DNA of 64,000 nucleotides, taken from Dehalococcoidales bacterium. GTDB taxonomy: Bacteria; Chloroflexota; Dehalococcoidia; Dehalococcoidales; RBG-16-60-22. The notes below the pieces were generated by a model that worked only from the letters and a program-made list of their open reading frames with translations, was not told where the DNA came from and did not search any database. Below are positions 54,452-63,895 of the stretch, in pieces (positions within the stretch are counted from its first letter, which is position 1; each line of letters begins with the position of its first letter). The stretch is taken from NCBI GenBank assembly GCA_034430575.1, contig DAOUDZ010000015.1, positions 1,639 to 65,638 on the forward strand, written 5' to 3'. The translations under genes were made by a program, and so were the position numbers.

Positions 54452-55099
54452 CTAGCTTACCCCTATCACAGCCCTGGCGAGTTCCCAGGAATAATCGTAG
54501 AGGTGCAGGCCCTTGCTCATAGCTACCAGCCTGCCGTCGGCGACGCCAATCTCGCTGGACATGGATTCCTTGAGGAGTTGAATTGCCGCCAGGTTCGAGG
54601 GGAAGCCGGCCCACAGGTCCCACGACCGGAAATAAGCAAAGAAGTCGAGTCTACCGTCCCGGATTCTGGTATCAATCATCCGCAGGCACGGCGGGTCATC
54701 CTGATAGATAGACTGCGCATCGCCTACCGCCATGAAAGCCTGGTTGGTGTTGTATCCGTCCTCCCGATATATCCTGATTACCTCGGCGATTTGCTTTTCC
54801 AGGTATTGACCGTAAGTATACTGTTCTCCTTCCTTCCGGTGCGCCACCATAAGATAAGGCAAATAGCTTTCCACGTAATCCATGGTACTGGGCGGCGGCA
54901 CACCCTGGGGAACGTCCGGTATCAGCGGTCTTGTCTCCGGGTAATTTACCTGCACGACAGCCAGGTCTAGTTGTTTGCGCATTTGTCCTTCGTAGCTGCC
55001 GCGGTCGATTTTATATTCGTAGCCCTCATCGAGAACCCGGCACAGGCAGAGAAACCACGCTTCGGAAAGGTCCCTGGCCTCAATGACTGTAATTTTCAT
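54452..55099 (-). CDS. Thymidylate synthase (ThyA)-like protein, short divergent type
   Basis: PPCLRMIDTRIRDGRLDFFAYFRSWDLWAGFPSNL parallels ThyA's PCH..FQF...L....YQRS.D..LG.PFN. Confidence 0.55.
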   Translation of the reverse strand: MKITVIEARDLSEAWFLCLCRVLDEGYEYKIDRGSYEGQMRKQLDLAVVQVNYPETRPLIPDVPQGVPPPSTMDYVESYLPYLMVAHRKEGEQYTYGQYLEKQIAEVIRIYREDGYNTNQAFMAVGDAQSIYQDDPPCLRMIDTRIRDGRLDFFAYFRSWDLWAGFPSNLAAIQLLKESMSSEIGVADGRLVAMSKGLHLYDYSWELARAVIGVS

Positions 55100-55125
55100 G
55101 AAGAAATCCCTTCCAGTCCGGAATA

Positions 55126-55830
55126 CTATTTTTTACCTCTTACCAGCGTAAAAAATCTGTCCTGGTACTCCTCGAAGACGCCCCACCGGTTCAGTTCCCG
55201 TTCGAGCTCATAGGCCTTTATTACTCCCCCGGCGACCTGCTGGAACATTTCCTCGATTTTCTGCCGGGCACCGACAGGTACTCCGCCGTGGCTCATACCG
55301 AGGAGCCCCCTGGAGCCGAGCTGGGCGATATTACTCGGCATGGAGCGGGTGGTAATTTCGTAAATAAACTTCAGCAGGGATACGTCCCAGAGTTCGTCCT
55401 GACCCTTGATGATGGATGCCATGGGGTCGCCCTTTTTATCGATTTCCTCATTCAACTTATCCACCACGACCGGCCAGTTGTCCGAGACGATATTCAGTCC
55501 CTTCGGCTCGTTTTTATAGGTATAAAACAGTCCGGGAGTATCCGGGCCGTGCATTCTTAGCAGCGTTTCGAAATAGCGGCGCGCATCGTAGCTAAAGCCT
55601 TCCAGCTGGGTCAGGTAGTAAGGCGTGACAATCTTCGGCCTTTCGGCGATAACCCTGCCCTCTCTTATCACGGTTTCGTGAACATCTTCGACAAGCTCCG
55701 TGTAGATAGGCTCGGTTACGATGTAATAATAGACGTTGGTAATCCCGAAGGTGTCCAGGTGCTGACGGGGATGCCTCAATATTTCGGTATGGCGTGCCGC
55801 CTGCTCTATTCTGTCGTTATCAATATCCAT
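55126..55830 (-). CDS. Conserved-looking hypothetical protein
   Basis: 234 aa from the ATG at 55830. The track extension to 55923 would overlap the upstream gene by 85 nt. Confidence 0.5.
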   Translation of the reverse strand: MDIDNDRIEQAARHTEILRHPRQHLDTFGITNVYYYIVTEPIYTELVEDVHETVIREGRVIAERPKIVTPYYLTQLEGFSYDARRYFETLLRMHGPDTPGLFYTYKNEPKGLNIVSDNWPVVVDKLNEEIDKKGDPMASIIKGQDELWDVSLLKFIYEITTRSMPSNIAQLGSRGLLGMSHGGVPVGARQKIEEMFQQVAGGVIKAYELERELNRWGVFEEYQDRFFTLVRGKK

Positions 55831-55838
55831 GTTTAACT

Positions 55839-56432
55839 CTAGTCGATAGCCGCGAGTTCCTGCTTGTATTCGTCCAGTACCGTGATATACTGCGCTTCCA
55901 TCTGGGACTGCAATCTCTGCCATTCCTCCAGAAACTGCGGCTGTGATTCCACGTCTATATTCATCCTGGCGCTGCTGACACCGGCCTGCTGCTTGATAGC
56001 TTGCTGTATCTTGGCCTCAAATTCGGCCTTTAACGATGCGTAGGCCTGCTGCTTCTGCTTGGCGCCCTCCTGCACATAGTGGTCCAGCACTTTCCTTATT
56101 TTACTGAAAACATTTTCGGCGGCTGCCTTATTGTTTTTAAGGGCCTTCAAGCCGTCCATCGACCTGTTATTGGTCTTGCGGGCGGCTTCATTCCTGGGGA
56201 GGCTGATGTTTCTTTGAAGGATATCGTTAACACTGGCGACGACTACCTTCCTGGCTTTATCATCGTATTTGCCAACCTCATTGACCAGATTGTAGTCCTG
56301 CTTTAAATATTTGGCCGCGAGCTTCTCGCCTTCCGGGCCGTACTTCCACTTGAGGCGTTCTTCTTCCGTGGGCTCGCCTATCTTTTCCAGCTTTTCCCTG
56401 GCTATCTCAGCGGCGCTCTTTATCTGGCTCAT
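55839..56432 (-). CDS. Hypothetical helical protein
   Basis: 197 aa from the ATG at 56432, which is preceded by GGAGGA. The track extension to 56534 is unlikely. Confidence 0.5.
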   Translation of the reverse strand: MSQIKSAAEIAREKLEKIGEPTEEERLKWKYGPEGEKLAAKYLKQDYNLVNEVGKYDDKARKVVVASVNDILQRNISLPRNEAARKTNNRSMDGLKALKNNKAAAENVFSKIRKVLDHYVQEGAKQKQQAYASLKAEFEAKIQQAIKQQAGVSSARMNIDVESQPQFLEEWQRLQSQMEAQYITVLDEYKQELAAID

Positions 56433-56673
56433 AATAAAGTCCTCCGAACCTGTCTTAAAAGAATATTCAGCTTCAATTACTATTATACAACAATAGAGAA
56501 CCATCAGAAAGGAGAAGGTAAGGTTATTTCCCACCCCGCTTCCCGTTTTTTTAGGTGTAACCTATCCCCCCACGTTTTAAGGCTGGGTGGGTACACACTA
56601 CGTGATAAGCAGCAGATAATACGAGGCGGCTGTCTTACCCTGATGGGAAGGATAAAGGTGGGAAAAGATAATG

Positions 56674-56700
56674 TTGACATTTTAAAAAAAGGACTATAAT
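56674..56700 (+). promoter_or_regulatory. Candidate promoter: TTGACA, 15-nt spacer, TATAAT
   Basis: Both hexamers are consensus but the spacer is short. Lies upstream of the small ORF at 56730. Confidence 0.35.
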
Positions 56701-56729
56701 ATGAGCACAATAACACTCAGGAGGATAGC

Positions 56730-56921
56730 ATGTTAGGTTTTAAAATAATGAGCGTCACAGAATGGTTACTCTCTCACATCCTGCTCGCTGCCGGACTGGT
56801 ACTGGTTACAATCGGACTGCTCCAGGACCAAATGACACTGAACATCATCGGCATATGGGTTTTTGTACTGGGACTCTGCCTTGGATTCACCTTCGCCTTC
56901 AGGAAGGTGCTTCCAAAGTAG
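56730..56921 (+). CDS. Small two-TM membrane protein
   Basis: 63 aa. RBS AGGAGGA is 6 nt upstream. Two hydrophobic helices. Confidence 0.5.
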   Translation: MLGFKIMSVTEWLLSHILLAAGLVLVTIGLLQDQMTLNIIGIWVFVLGLCLGFTFAFRKVLPK

Positions 56922-56947
56922 TCTCATTTAAGAGCCGGGGGCTTGCC

Positions 56948-58531
56948 CTACCCCTGCTTCAGCAGCCAGTACTCCAGGCCGTCGGCCAGGGCCAGCCAGC
57001 TGGCCTCGATGATATTGGTGGAGCCACCGACGGTGCGCCACTCTTCATTACCATCACTGGACTCGATAAGGACGCGCACCTGCGACTCCGTGCCGGTGCT
57101 CTCTTCCAGAATGCGCACCTTGTAATCGACGAGCTTGACCTGCTCAAGGCTGGGATAAAACTGTAATAAAGCCTTGCGTAGAGCCCGGTCCAGGGCATTA
57201 ACGGGGCCGTCGCCTTCCGCCGCCGTGTGGATTTTCTCTCCGCCCACTTTTACCTTGACCATTGCCTCGGATATCATTTCTTCGGCGGATTTGCGGGTGG
57301 AAGGCCGCCGCTTCGACTCCACCACCACCATAAAGTCGACCAGCTCGAAAGGCGGTTGATAGTCCGGTCTAGCCCGGTGGAGCAGCAGCTCGAAGGAGGC
57401 CTCGGCATTGTCGTACTGGAAACCTCGACTCTCCAGAAATTTGATATGCTGAAGAAGCCCCTGTGTCTCTTTCGCATCCTTCGAGAGGTCTATCCCCAGT
57501 TCTTTAGCCTTGGTGATGATATTACGCTTTCCCGACTGGTCAGAGATAACAGTCCGCTGGCGGTTGCCCACCTTAGCCGGGTCGATATGCTGATAGGCTT
57601 CCGGCCACTTGGTCATCCCATCCATGTGATAGCCGGCCTTATGGCTGAAGGCACTGATGCCCACGTAAGGCGCGTAGGGGTCGGGAACCTTGTTAGCTAT
57701 CTCGCTTATAGCATGAGATATATCCGTCACCTTCGCCAGCTGCTTATCGGTAACGCAATCAATACCCATTTTCAGCTTCAAAGCTGGAATGATGGTGCAC
57801 AGGTTGGTATTGCCGGTGCGTTCCCCGTAGCCGTTAATGGTGCCCTGGACATGTGGCGCCCCAGCCTGCACCGCCGCCAGCGTATTGGCCAGCGCCAGTC
57901 CGCCGTCATTATGGGCATGAATCCCGAGCGGCACCGACGTGGCCTTAGCCGCCGCCCCGACAGCTTCTGCAATTTCGTCAGGCAGGGCCCCGCCGTTGGT
58001 GTCGCAGAGCACCAGGCAGTCGGCCCCGGCTTCGGCGGCCGCCTCCAGAGTCTTGAGCGCGTATTTTGCATCGGACTTATAGCCGTCGAAGTAGTGCTCG
58101 GCATCGAAGAACACAGCGATTCCCTTCGACTTGAGATAGCGTATGGAATCGGCAATCATGTTCAGGTTTTCTTCCAGCGTGGTCTTGAGGACGCGGAAAA
58201 CCTGCAAATCCGAGCTTTTAGCCACCAAGGTAGCTATCTTTACCCCGGCTTCCACCAGCGTGATAAGGTTATTATCCTCTTCCGCCCGGGTATCATGGCG
58301 CCGGGTGCTGCCGAAGCCGACGATACGCGCGTTGTTCAACGAGAGGTCTTTCACTCTTTGATAGAACTCGGCGTCCTTGGGGTTGGAGCCCGGCCAGCCG
58401 CCTTCTATGTAGTGGATACCCAGCTCATCGAGCTTCTTGGCGATGTGCAGCTTGTCCACCACGGAGAAGGATATGCCTTCGCTCTGTGCCCCGTCACGCA
58501 GCGTGGTATCGTAAAGTTGAACCAATGTCAT
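56948..58531 (-). CDS. cimA: (R)-citramalate synthase
   Basis: LYDTTLRDGAQSEGISFS...IEGGWPGSNPKD, typical of long-form CimA. 527 aa with a LeuA-dimer-type C-terminal domain. Confidence 0.8.
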   Translation of the reverse strand: MTLVQLYDTTLRDGAQSEGISFSVVDKLHIAKKLDELGIHYIEGGWPGSNPKDAEFYQRVKDLSLNNARIVGFGSTRRHDTRAEEDNNLITLVEAGVKIATLVAKSSDLQVFRVLKTTLEENLNMIADSIRYLKSKGIAVFFDAEHYFDGYKSDAKYALKTLEAAAEAGADCLVLCDTNGGALPDEIAEAVGAAAKATSVPLGIHAHNDGGLALANTLAAVQAGAPHVQGTINGYGERTGNTNLCTIIPALKLKMGIDCVTDKQLAKVTDISHAISEIANKVPDPYAPYVGISAFSHKAGYHMDGMTKWPEAYQHIDPAKVGNRQRTVISDQSGKRNIITKAKELGIDLSKDAKETQGLLQHIKFLESRGFQYDNAEASFELLLHRARPDYQPPFELVDFMVVVESKRRPSTRKSAEEMISEAMVKVKVGGEKIHTAAEGDGPVNALDRALRKALLQFYPSLEQVKLVDYKVRILEESTGTESQVRVLIESSDGNEEWRTVGGSTNIIEASWLALADGLEYWLLKQG

Positions 58532-59628
58532 TACCGACCTCCCGCCTTCCCGGCGATTAAATCCCCCATCTCTTTCGTCCCCACCTTCGTCTTCCCTTCA
58601 CTCATTATATCATAGGTGCGGTAGCCTTCATTCAGGACGGCTTCAACGGCAGACTCGACCGCCGCGGCTTCCTTTTCCAGTCCGAAGGAATACCGCAGCA
58701 TCATGGCGACGCTTAAAATGGTAGCGATGGGATTGGCCATATTAAGCCCGGCGCGCCGCGGCGCGCTGCCGTGAATCGGCTCGTAAAGGCCGAAGATTCT
58801 CACGCCCGTTTCCGGCACTCCCGCCAGGCTGGCCGAGGGCAGCATGCCCATCGAGCCGGCCAGCATGGAAGCCTCGTCGGTGAGAATATCGCCGAAGGTG
58901 TTTTCCGTAACCAGCACGTCCAGGTACCTTGGGTTCTGAATAATCCGCATGGAGCAGGCATCCACAAGCATGTGCTCCAACTCAACGTCCGGGTAGCTTT
59001 CGGCCACCTCCACCGCGACCTGCCTCCAGAGTCGTGACGATTCCAGCACGTTGGCTTTATCCACCGAGATGAGCTTTTTCTGGCGCCGCCGCGCCAGCTC
59101 GAAGCCTACCCGCACAATACGCTCGATTTCCTGCTCCGAATACGCCAGGGAGTCGACGGCCCGCCGGCCTCGCGACGTTGTCCACCGCCGTTTGGGTTTG
59201 CCGAAGTAAAGTCCGCCGGTGAGCTCGCGCACGAAGATAAACTCTACCCCCTCGATGACGTCAGGCTTAAGATTGGTAGAATCGATCAGCATCGGGAAGA
59301 CCCTGACCGGACGCAGATTGGCGAACAGTCCCAGGGCTTTACGCATCTCCAGCAGACCGTCCTCGGGGCGGACTTTAGCCAGGGGGTCGTCCCACCTGGG
59401 ACCGCCCACGGCACCCAGCAATACGGCGTCGCTTTTCTTGCAGAGCTTCAGCGTTTCCCCGGATATGGCCACGCCTTCCGCATCGATAGCCGCCCCGCCA
59501 ATCAGCCTGTTGTTAAGGTTAAATTTATGGCCGTATTTTTTACCGACCGTCTGCAATACCTTGATTGCCTCGGCGGTAACTTCCGGGCCGACGCCGTCAC
59601 CGGGTAACACTGTCAGGTTAAAGTCCAC
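58531..59628 (-). CDS. leuB: 3-isopropylmalate dehydrogenase
   Basis: LPGDGVGPEV, NLRP, and the GSAPD-like HGSAPRRAG region. Confidence 0.9.
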   Translation of the reverse strand: MDFNLTVLPGDGVGPEVTAEAIKVLQTVGKKYGHKFNLNNRLIGGAAIDAEGVAISGETLKLCKKSDAVLLGAVGGPRWDDPLAKVRPEDGLLEMRKALGLFANLRPVRVFPMLIDSTNLKPDVIEGVEFIFVRELTGGLYFGKPKRRWTTSRGRRAVDSLAYSEQEIERIVRVGFELARRRQKKLISVDKANVLESSRLWRQVAVEVAESYPDVELEHMLVDACSMRIIQNPRYLDVLVTENTFGDILTDEASMLAGSMGMLPSASLAGVPETGVRIFGLYEPIHGSAPRRAGLNMANPIATILSVAMMLRYSFGLEKEAAAVESAVEAVLNEGYRTYDIMSEGKTKVGTKEMGDLIAGKAGGR

Positions 59629-59666
59629 TTAAGTCCTCCCTACTTTATCTTAAATTAATGCCTGTC

Positions 59667-59741
59667 ATTGTCGGGCTTGACCCGACAATCCAGCCACCCT
59701 TACTCCCCACTCCTCTGGATTCCCGTTTTCGCGGGAATGAC
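59667..59741. repeat. Composite REP-like element between leuD and leuB
   Basis: Hairpin ATTGTCGGG-CTTGA-CCCGACAAT, then CCAGCCACCCTTAC..., then CTGGATTCCCGTTTTCGCGGGAATGAC. Same architecture as 62023-62087. Confidence 0.8.
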
Positions 59742-59779
59742 AACGTACTTATAGCGGTTTTTTAAATACGCGGTTGTTC

Positions 59780-60298
59780 TTACATATCTCGTGTCTCAAC
59801 GTTTTTACCAGCCAATCGTTGCCTGGTATATTCGATGAGTCCGCCAGCGGCAATCAGCTCGGCCATGAAATCGGGGTAGGGTTTGGCGGTAAACTCCATG
59901 TTTCCGGTGGCGTTCTTAATCACGCCGCTGGCAAGGTCTACTTCCAGGATATCTCCGGACTCGGTATTATCCACGGCTTCCGGGCACTCCAGCAAGGGTA
60001 GGCCGATATTGATGGCATTGCGGAAGAAGATACGGGCGAAGCTCCCAGCGATGACGCAGGATACCCCGGCGGCCTTGATGGCGAGCGGGGCGTGCTCCCG
60101 CGAGGAGCCGCAGCCGAAGTTGGTGGCGGCCATGATGATATCGCCTGGCTTTACCGTTTTCAGAAAGTCAGCATCGATGTCCTCCATGCAGTGTTCGGCG
60201 AGTTCATCGGGGTCGGATACGTTCAGGTAGCGGGCGGGGATAATAACGTCCGTGTTGACATCGGCGCCGTATTTATAGACTTTGCCTTTGAGTATCAT
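59780..60298 (-). CDS. leuD: 3-isopropylmalate dehydratase small subunit (archaeal-type)
   Basis: 172 aa. [14 protein letters not shown]-type motif ([14 protein letters not shown]). Confidence 0.9.
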   Translation of the reverse strand: MILKGKVYKYGADVNTDVIIPARYLNVSDPDELAEHCMEDIDADFLKTVKPGDIIMAATNFGCGSSREHAPLAIKAAGVSCVIAGSFARIFFRNAINIGLPLLECPEAVDNTESGDILEVDLASGVIKNATGNMEFTAKPYPDFMAELIAAGGLIEYTRQRLAGKNVETRDM

Positions 60299-60324
60299 AA
60301 TTTTATTAACCTCTCCCCCTGTAT

Positions 60325-60393
60325 CCCCCTCTCCTTACGAGGCAGGGTGAAGGAGAGGGGGAAGAATTTTTTCTAAAGGGGCTTCGCCCCTTT
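60325..60393. repeat. Two hairpin elements between hicB and leuD
   Basis: CCCCCTCTCCTT, 13-nt loop, AAGGAGAGGGGG (60325-60361). AAAGGGGC-TTC-GCCCCTTT (60375-60393). Confidence 0.8.
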
Positions 60394-60415
60394 TAATCCC
60401 CTTTTATAATAGCAT

Positions 60416-60643
60416 TTATACCTCGACGTAATCAGTAAAAGAGGCAGGTTCAGGTAAGGGTAAGCCATCTTTTGCCAGCCCTTCAATATGAAAACCGATA
60501 GCTTCTTTGATGTTCTTTTCCGCCTCTTTACGGGTTTTTCCCGTGGCGATACAACCTGGTATATCCGGTGAATAAGCCGAGTAATTATCACGGGCTTTTT
60601 CGTAAATGACAAGATACTTGTGCATAACTCTATGAACATTCAT
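60416..60643 (-). CDS. hicB: HicB-family antitoxin-like protein (UPF0150), no HicA partner nearby
   Basis: YLVIYEKARDNYSAYSPDIPGCIATGKTRKEAEKNIKEAIGFHIEGL is the classic HicB N-domain. The start could be the internal ATG at 60625. Confidence 0.7.
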   Translation of the reverse strand: MNVHRVMHKYLVIYEKARDNYSAYSPDIPGCIATGKTRKEAEKNIKEAIGFHIEGLAKDGLPLPEPASFTDYVEV

Positions 60644-60700
60644 TAAGGCAGTTTATCCCTCTCATTGTGAAACCCCCTACCGACTTGCTCTCCCGGTCCT

Positions 60701-61984
60701 TCACGCGCCTTCGTTTTCATCTTTCGTTCTTCCCATGACCTCGTCCGGGCCGGCAATCCTGCCGGCAACGGCGCTGGCGGCGGCTACCGCCGGATTGGCC
60801 AGGTAGACCTCCGATTTTGCGCTTCCCATCCTGCCGACGAAGTTACGGTTGGTGGTGGAAACACAGCGCTCGCCGGCGGCCAGGACGCCCATGTGCCCGC
60901 CGAGACACGGCCCACAGGTCGGCGTGCTGACCACCGCCCCGGCCTTGATAAACGTCTCTATCAATCCTTCCATTAAAGCGTCGAGGTATACCTGCTGCGT
61001 GCCGGGTATGATGATGCAGCGTACCCTCTCATTTACCTTATGGCGTTTCAGTATCTGGGCGGCCAGTCGCAAATCTTCAATACGTCCGTTGGTACAGCTG
61101 CCGATGAACGCCTGGTCGATTTCTACTTTCCCTACCTCGTTAACGGGCCTCGCATTGGCCGGCGAATGCGGCATCGAAACCTGAGGCTCAATGCCGGACA
61201 CGTCGTATTCAATTACACGGGCGTATTCGGCATCATTGTCCGGTTCATAGACAAGGTAAGAGCGGGGCGCTCTAGACTTTATGTAAAGCTGCGTCTTGTT
61301 GTCCACGTGGAAGAGACCGGCCTTGCCGCCCGCCTCGATGGCCATATTGGCCATGGTAAAACGGCCGTCCACGGAGAGCGCCTCGATAGCCTCACCGGAG
61401 AACTCCATGGCGGAATACAGGGCGCCGTCCACGCCGATATCGCCGATGGTATAGAGAATCAGGTCTTTACCCCCCACCCATTTTCCCAGCTCGCCGTGAT
61501 AGACGAGCTTAATAGACGGCGGCACCTTCATCCAGATATCGCCGGTGGCCATGGCGGCCGCGATATCGGTCGACCCCATGCCGGTAGCGAAAGCCCCGAT
61601 AGCCCCGTAGGTGCAGGTATGGGAATCGGCCCCGATGACCACGTCACCGGGCAAGACCAACCCCTGCTCCGGGAGGAGGACATGCTCGATGCCCATCTGC
61701 CCCACCTCGAAGTACCTTATCCCCTGCTCGTAGCAGAAGTCGCGCATGAGCTTTGCCTGCTCGGCGGAGGCTATATCCTTATTCGGCACGAAGTGGTCGG
61801 GCACCATGACAATCTTGGAGGGGTCAAAGACCTTATCCACTCCGAGCTTCCGGAACTCCCGAATGGCAATAGGCGCCGTAATGTCGTTGGAGAGAATCAT
61901 GTCCACCCGGGCATTGATAAATTCGCCGGGGCTGACCTCTTTTTTATCGGCATGAGCCGCCAGTATCTGCTCGGCTAAGTTCAA
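60701..61984 (-). CDS. leuC: 3-isopropylmalate dehydratase large subunit (archaeal-type)
   Basis: Aconitase-family motifs: GADSHT, the Fe-S Cys ligands (IGSCTNGR, CGPCLG), and 427 aa length. Confidence 0.9.
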   Translation of the reverse strand: MNLAEQILAAHADKKEVSPGEFINARVDMILSNDITAPIAIREFRKLGVDKVFDPSKIVMVPDHFVPNKDIASAEQAKLMRDFCYEQGIRYFEVGQMGIEHVLLPEQGLVLPGDVVIGADSHTCTYGAIGAFATGMGSTDIAAAMATGDIWMKVPPSIKLVYHGELGKWVGGKDLILYTIGDIGVDGALYSAMEFSGEAIEALSVDGRFTMANMAIEAGGKAGLFHVDNKTQLYIKSRAPRSYLVYEPDNDAEYARVIEYDVSGIEPQVSMPHSPANARPVNEVGKVEIDQAFIGSCTNGRIEDLRLAAQILKRHKVNERVRCIIIPGTQQVYLDALMEGLIETFIKAGAVVSTPTCGPCLGGHMGVLAAGERCVSTTNRNFVGRMGSAKSEVYLANPAVAAASAVAGRIAGPDEVMGRTKDENEGA

Positions 61985-62022
61985 TTTATCTCACCCTCTC
62001 TCAATATTGTTTACTAATATCA

Positions 62023-62087
62023 TCCCGAGTCTATCGGGAGCCAGACCCACCTTACCCCTTCTGGATTCCCGCCTTCGCGGGAATGAC
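62023..62087. repeat. Composite REP-like element between leuA and leuC
   Basis: Hairpin TCCCGA-GTCTA-TCGGGA, then CCAGACCCACCTTACCCC, then CTGGATTCCCGCCTTCGCGGGAATGAC. Confidence 0.8.
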
Positions 62088-62204
62088 ATCAAAGCGCATA
62101 AGACAGGTTATACCAGATTATAACCATTTGTGGAAAAGCGCACAAGCCAGCGGCTTCCGCAAGCGGAGAAATAGCTGCCTGATGCCTTAATTACCCCCTA
62201 CGGA

Positions 62205-63725
62205 CTAGCCGCTTTTCTCTCTGGCGGCAATCAACCGGTTAAGGGCATTAATGTAGGCCTTGGCACTGGAAACAATAATATCGGTATCGGCGCCGCGTCC
62301 CGTATAGGTAACGCCGTCGCTCTCTATCCTTATCAATACCTCGCCGATGGCGTCAATGCCTTCCGTCACCGATTTTACCGTGAACTCGGTGAGGGAATTG
62401 GGCACCCTGACGATACGATTTATAGCTTTATAAAGCGCATCTATTGGCCCGGTGCCCAGGGCAGCATCTTCTTTCATCTTACCGTCCGGCCCGATAAGCC
62501 TGACCGCCGCCGTGGGAACACCCTTATCGCCGCAGGTAACCTGGATGCGTTTAAGGTGATACTCCTCGGAAACCGTGCGCTGCTCCTCGGCCACCAGCGA
62601 CTCTATATCGCGGTCGGTAATATCCTTCTTCTTGTCCGCCAGCTCCTTGAACGCGGTAAAAGCACGGTTCAGGTCTTCATCACTCAAGCTGTAACCCATC
62701 TCGGAAAGCCTCTGCTTAAAAGCGTGCCGTCCGCTTAGCTTTCCCAGTACCAGGTTGCTGGAGGGAACACCGACCGTCCGGGGGTCGATTATTTCATAGG
62801 TTATCGGCATCTTGATGACGCCGTCCTGGTGAATCCCCGACTCATGGCTGAAGGCGTTATCACCGACGATAGCTTTATTGGGCTGCACGAGGAAACCGGT
62901 CAGGTCGCTCACCAGACGACTCGTCCGGTATATCTTCCGGGTATCGATATCCGTCGCCAGGTTATAGAGGTCTTTGCGGGTCCGAACAGCCATGACGATT
63001 TCTTCCAGCGAGGCGTTGCCGGCCCTCTCGCCGATGCCGTTAATGGTGCATTCCACCTGGCGCGCCCCGCGCCTTATCGCCTCCAGGCTGTTGGCCACCG
63101 CCAGACCGAGGTCGTTATGACAGTGCACGCTGACCACGGCTTTATCAATATTTTTCACGTTCTGGAAGATACCCGCTATCAGTCCGCCGAACTCCTCGGG
63201 CACGGAATAGCCCACGGTATCAGGGATATTGACGGTCGTGGCACCGGCATCGATAACCGCTTCCAGAATCTGGTAGAGATACTGGGGCTCCGTCCGGCTG
63301 GCGTCCATCGGCGAAAATTCGATATCGCCGGTATAGCCCCTGGCTCTGGCTACCGTATCGCAGGCCATCTTTAGAATTTCATCACGGGTTTTCTTCAGCT
63401 GGTGAATGAGGTGAATATCCGAGGCCGAGAGGAAAATATGTATACGAGGGTGCACCGCCCCCTTGACAGCCTCCCAGGCGCGGTCGACGGCCTTGAAGTT
63501 GGCGTGCGTCAGCGCGCAGATAGACGAGTTCTTTATTTCCCTGGAAATGAGGCTGACCGCCTCAAAGTCGCCGGGGCTGCTGGCGGGAAAGCCGGCCTCT
63601 ATGATGTCAACGCCCAGCTTTTCCAGCTGCCGGGCAATTTCCAGCTTTTCCTGAACGTTTAGAGTGCCCCCCGCCGCCTGCTCCCCGTCACGTAGCGTGG
63701 TGTCAAAGATTATAACCTTATCCAT
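62205..63725 (-). CDS. leuA: 2-isopropylmalate synthase
   Basis: [24 protein letters not shown], and a LeuA allosteric C-terminal domain. 506 aa. Confidence 0.9.
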   Translation of the reverse strand: MDKVIIFDTTLRDGEQAAGGTLNVQEKLEIARQLEKLGVDIIEAGFPASSPGDFEAVSLISREIKNSSICALTHANFKAVDRAWEAVKGAVHPRIHIFLSASDIHLIHQLKKTRDEILKMACDTVARARGYTGDIEFSPMDASRTEPQYLYQILEAVIDAGATTVNIPDTVGYSVPEEFGGLIAGIFQNVKNIDKAVVSVHCHNDLGLAVANSLEAIRRGARQVECTINGIGERAGNASLEEIVMAVRTRKDLYNLATDIDTRKIYRTSRLVSDLTGFLVQPNKAIVGDNAFSHESGIHQDGVIKMPITYEIIDPRTVGVPSSNLVLGKLSGRHAFKQRLSEMGYSLSDEDLNRAFTAFKELADKKKDITDRDIESLVAEEQRTVSEEYHLKRIQVTCGDKGVPTAAVRLIGPDGKMKEDAALGTGPIDALYKAINRIVRVPNSLTEFTVKSVTEGIDAIGEVLIRIESDGVTYTGRGADTDIIVSSAKAYINALNRLIAAREKSG

Positions 63726-63773
63726 AAAAATATTCCTCCTCGGGAAAATTATTCAGAGATGCAACCGCCTTAT

Positions 63774-63799
63774 CCCCTCTCTCTTAAATCAGAGAGGGG
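63774..63799. repeat. Hairpin CCCCTCTCT, 8-nt loop, AGAGAGGGG in the leuA leader
   Basis: 9-bp perfect stem. Same sequence family as the hairpins at 17512 and 60325. Confidence 0.75.
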
Positions 63800-63866
63800 C
63801 CGGTAAGGATGAGTTTAATTCTCCCAATAAAGGAATATTTCTGATTATCCATGACTACTCAGATAT

Positions 63867-63895
63867 ATTATACACGTTTTATGTTATCTTGTCTA
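63867..63895 (-). promoter_or_regulatory. Candidate leu operon promoter (extended -10)
   Basis: The minus strand reads TAGACA, 17-nt spacer, TATAAT, with TG immediately upstream of the -10. About 140 nt upstream of the leuA ATG. Confidence 0.45.

Noticed and set aside
57227-58615. A 462-aa plus-strand ORF, together with similar long ORFs at 53669..54445, 61040..61978, 11292..12062, 26310..26960 and 62829..63374.
   Set aside because: All lie antisense to genes with unmistakable motifs (cimA, cobB, leuC, livF, dxs, leuA). They have Arg/Gly/His-rich low-complexity translations and no motifs. They are shadow ORFs typical of GC-rich coding DNA.
60299-60700. A hicA toxin partner for the hicB-like gene.
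   Set aside because: No ORF of suitable size with a start and RBS exists in any frame in the flanks. The flanks are occupied by hairpin repeats.
63726-63866. A T-box, leucine leader peptide or riboswitch in the leuA leader of about 140 nt.
   Set aside because: I found no T-box consensus, no Leu-rich mini-ORF and no terminator/antiterminator pair. The only strong structure is a hairpin of the dispersed CCCCTCTC repeat family. I cannot exclude a regulatory RNA without covariance-model searches.
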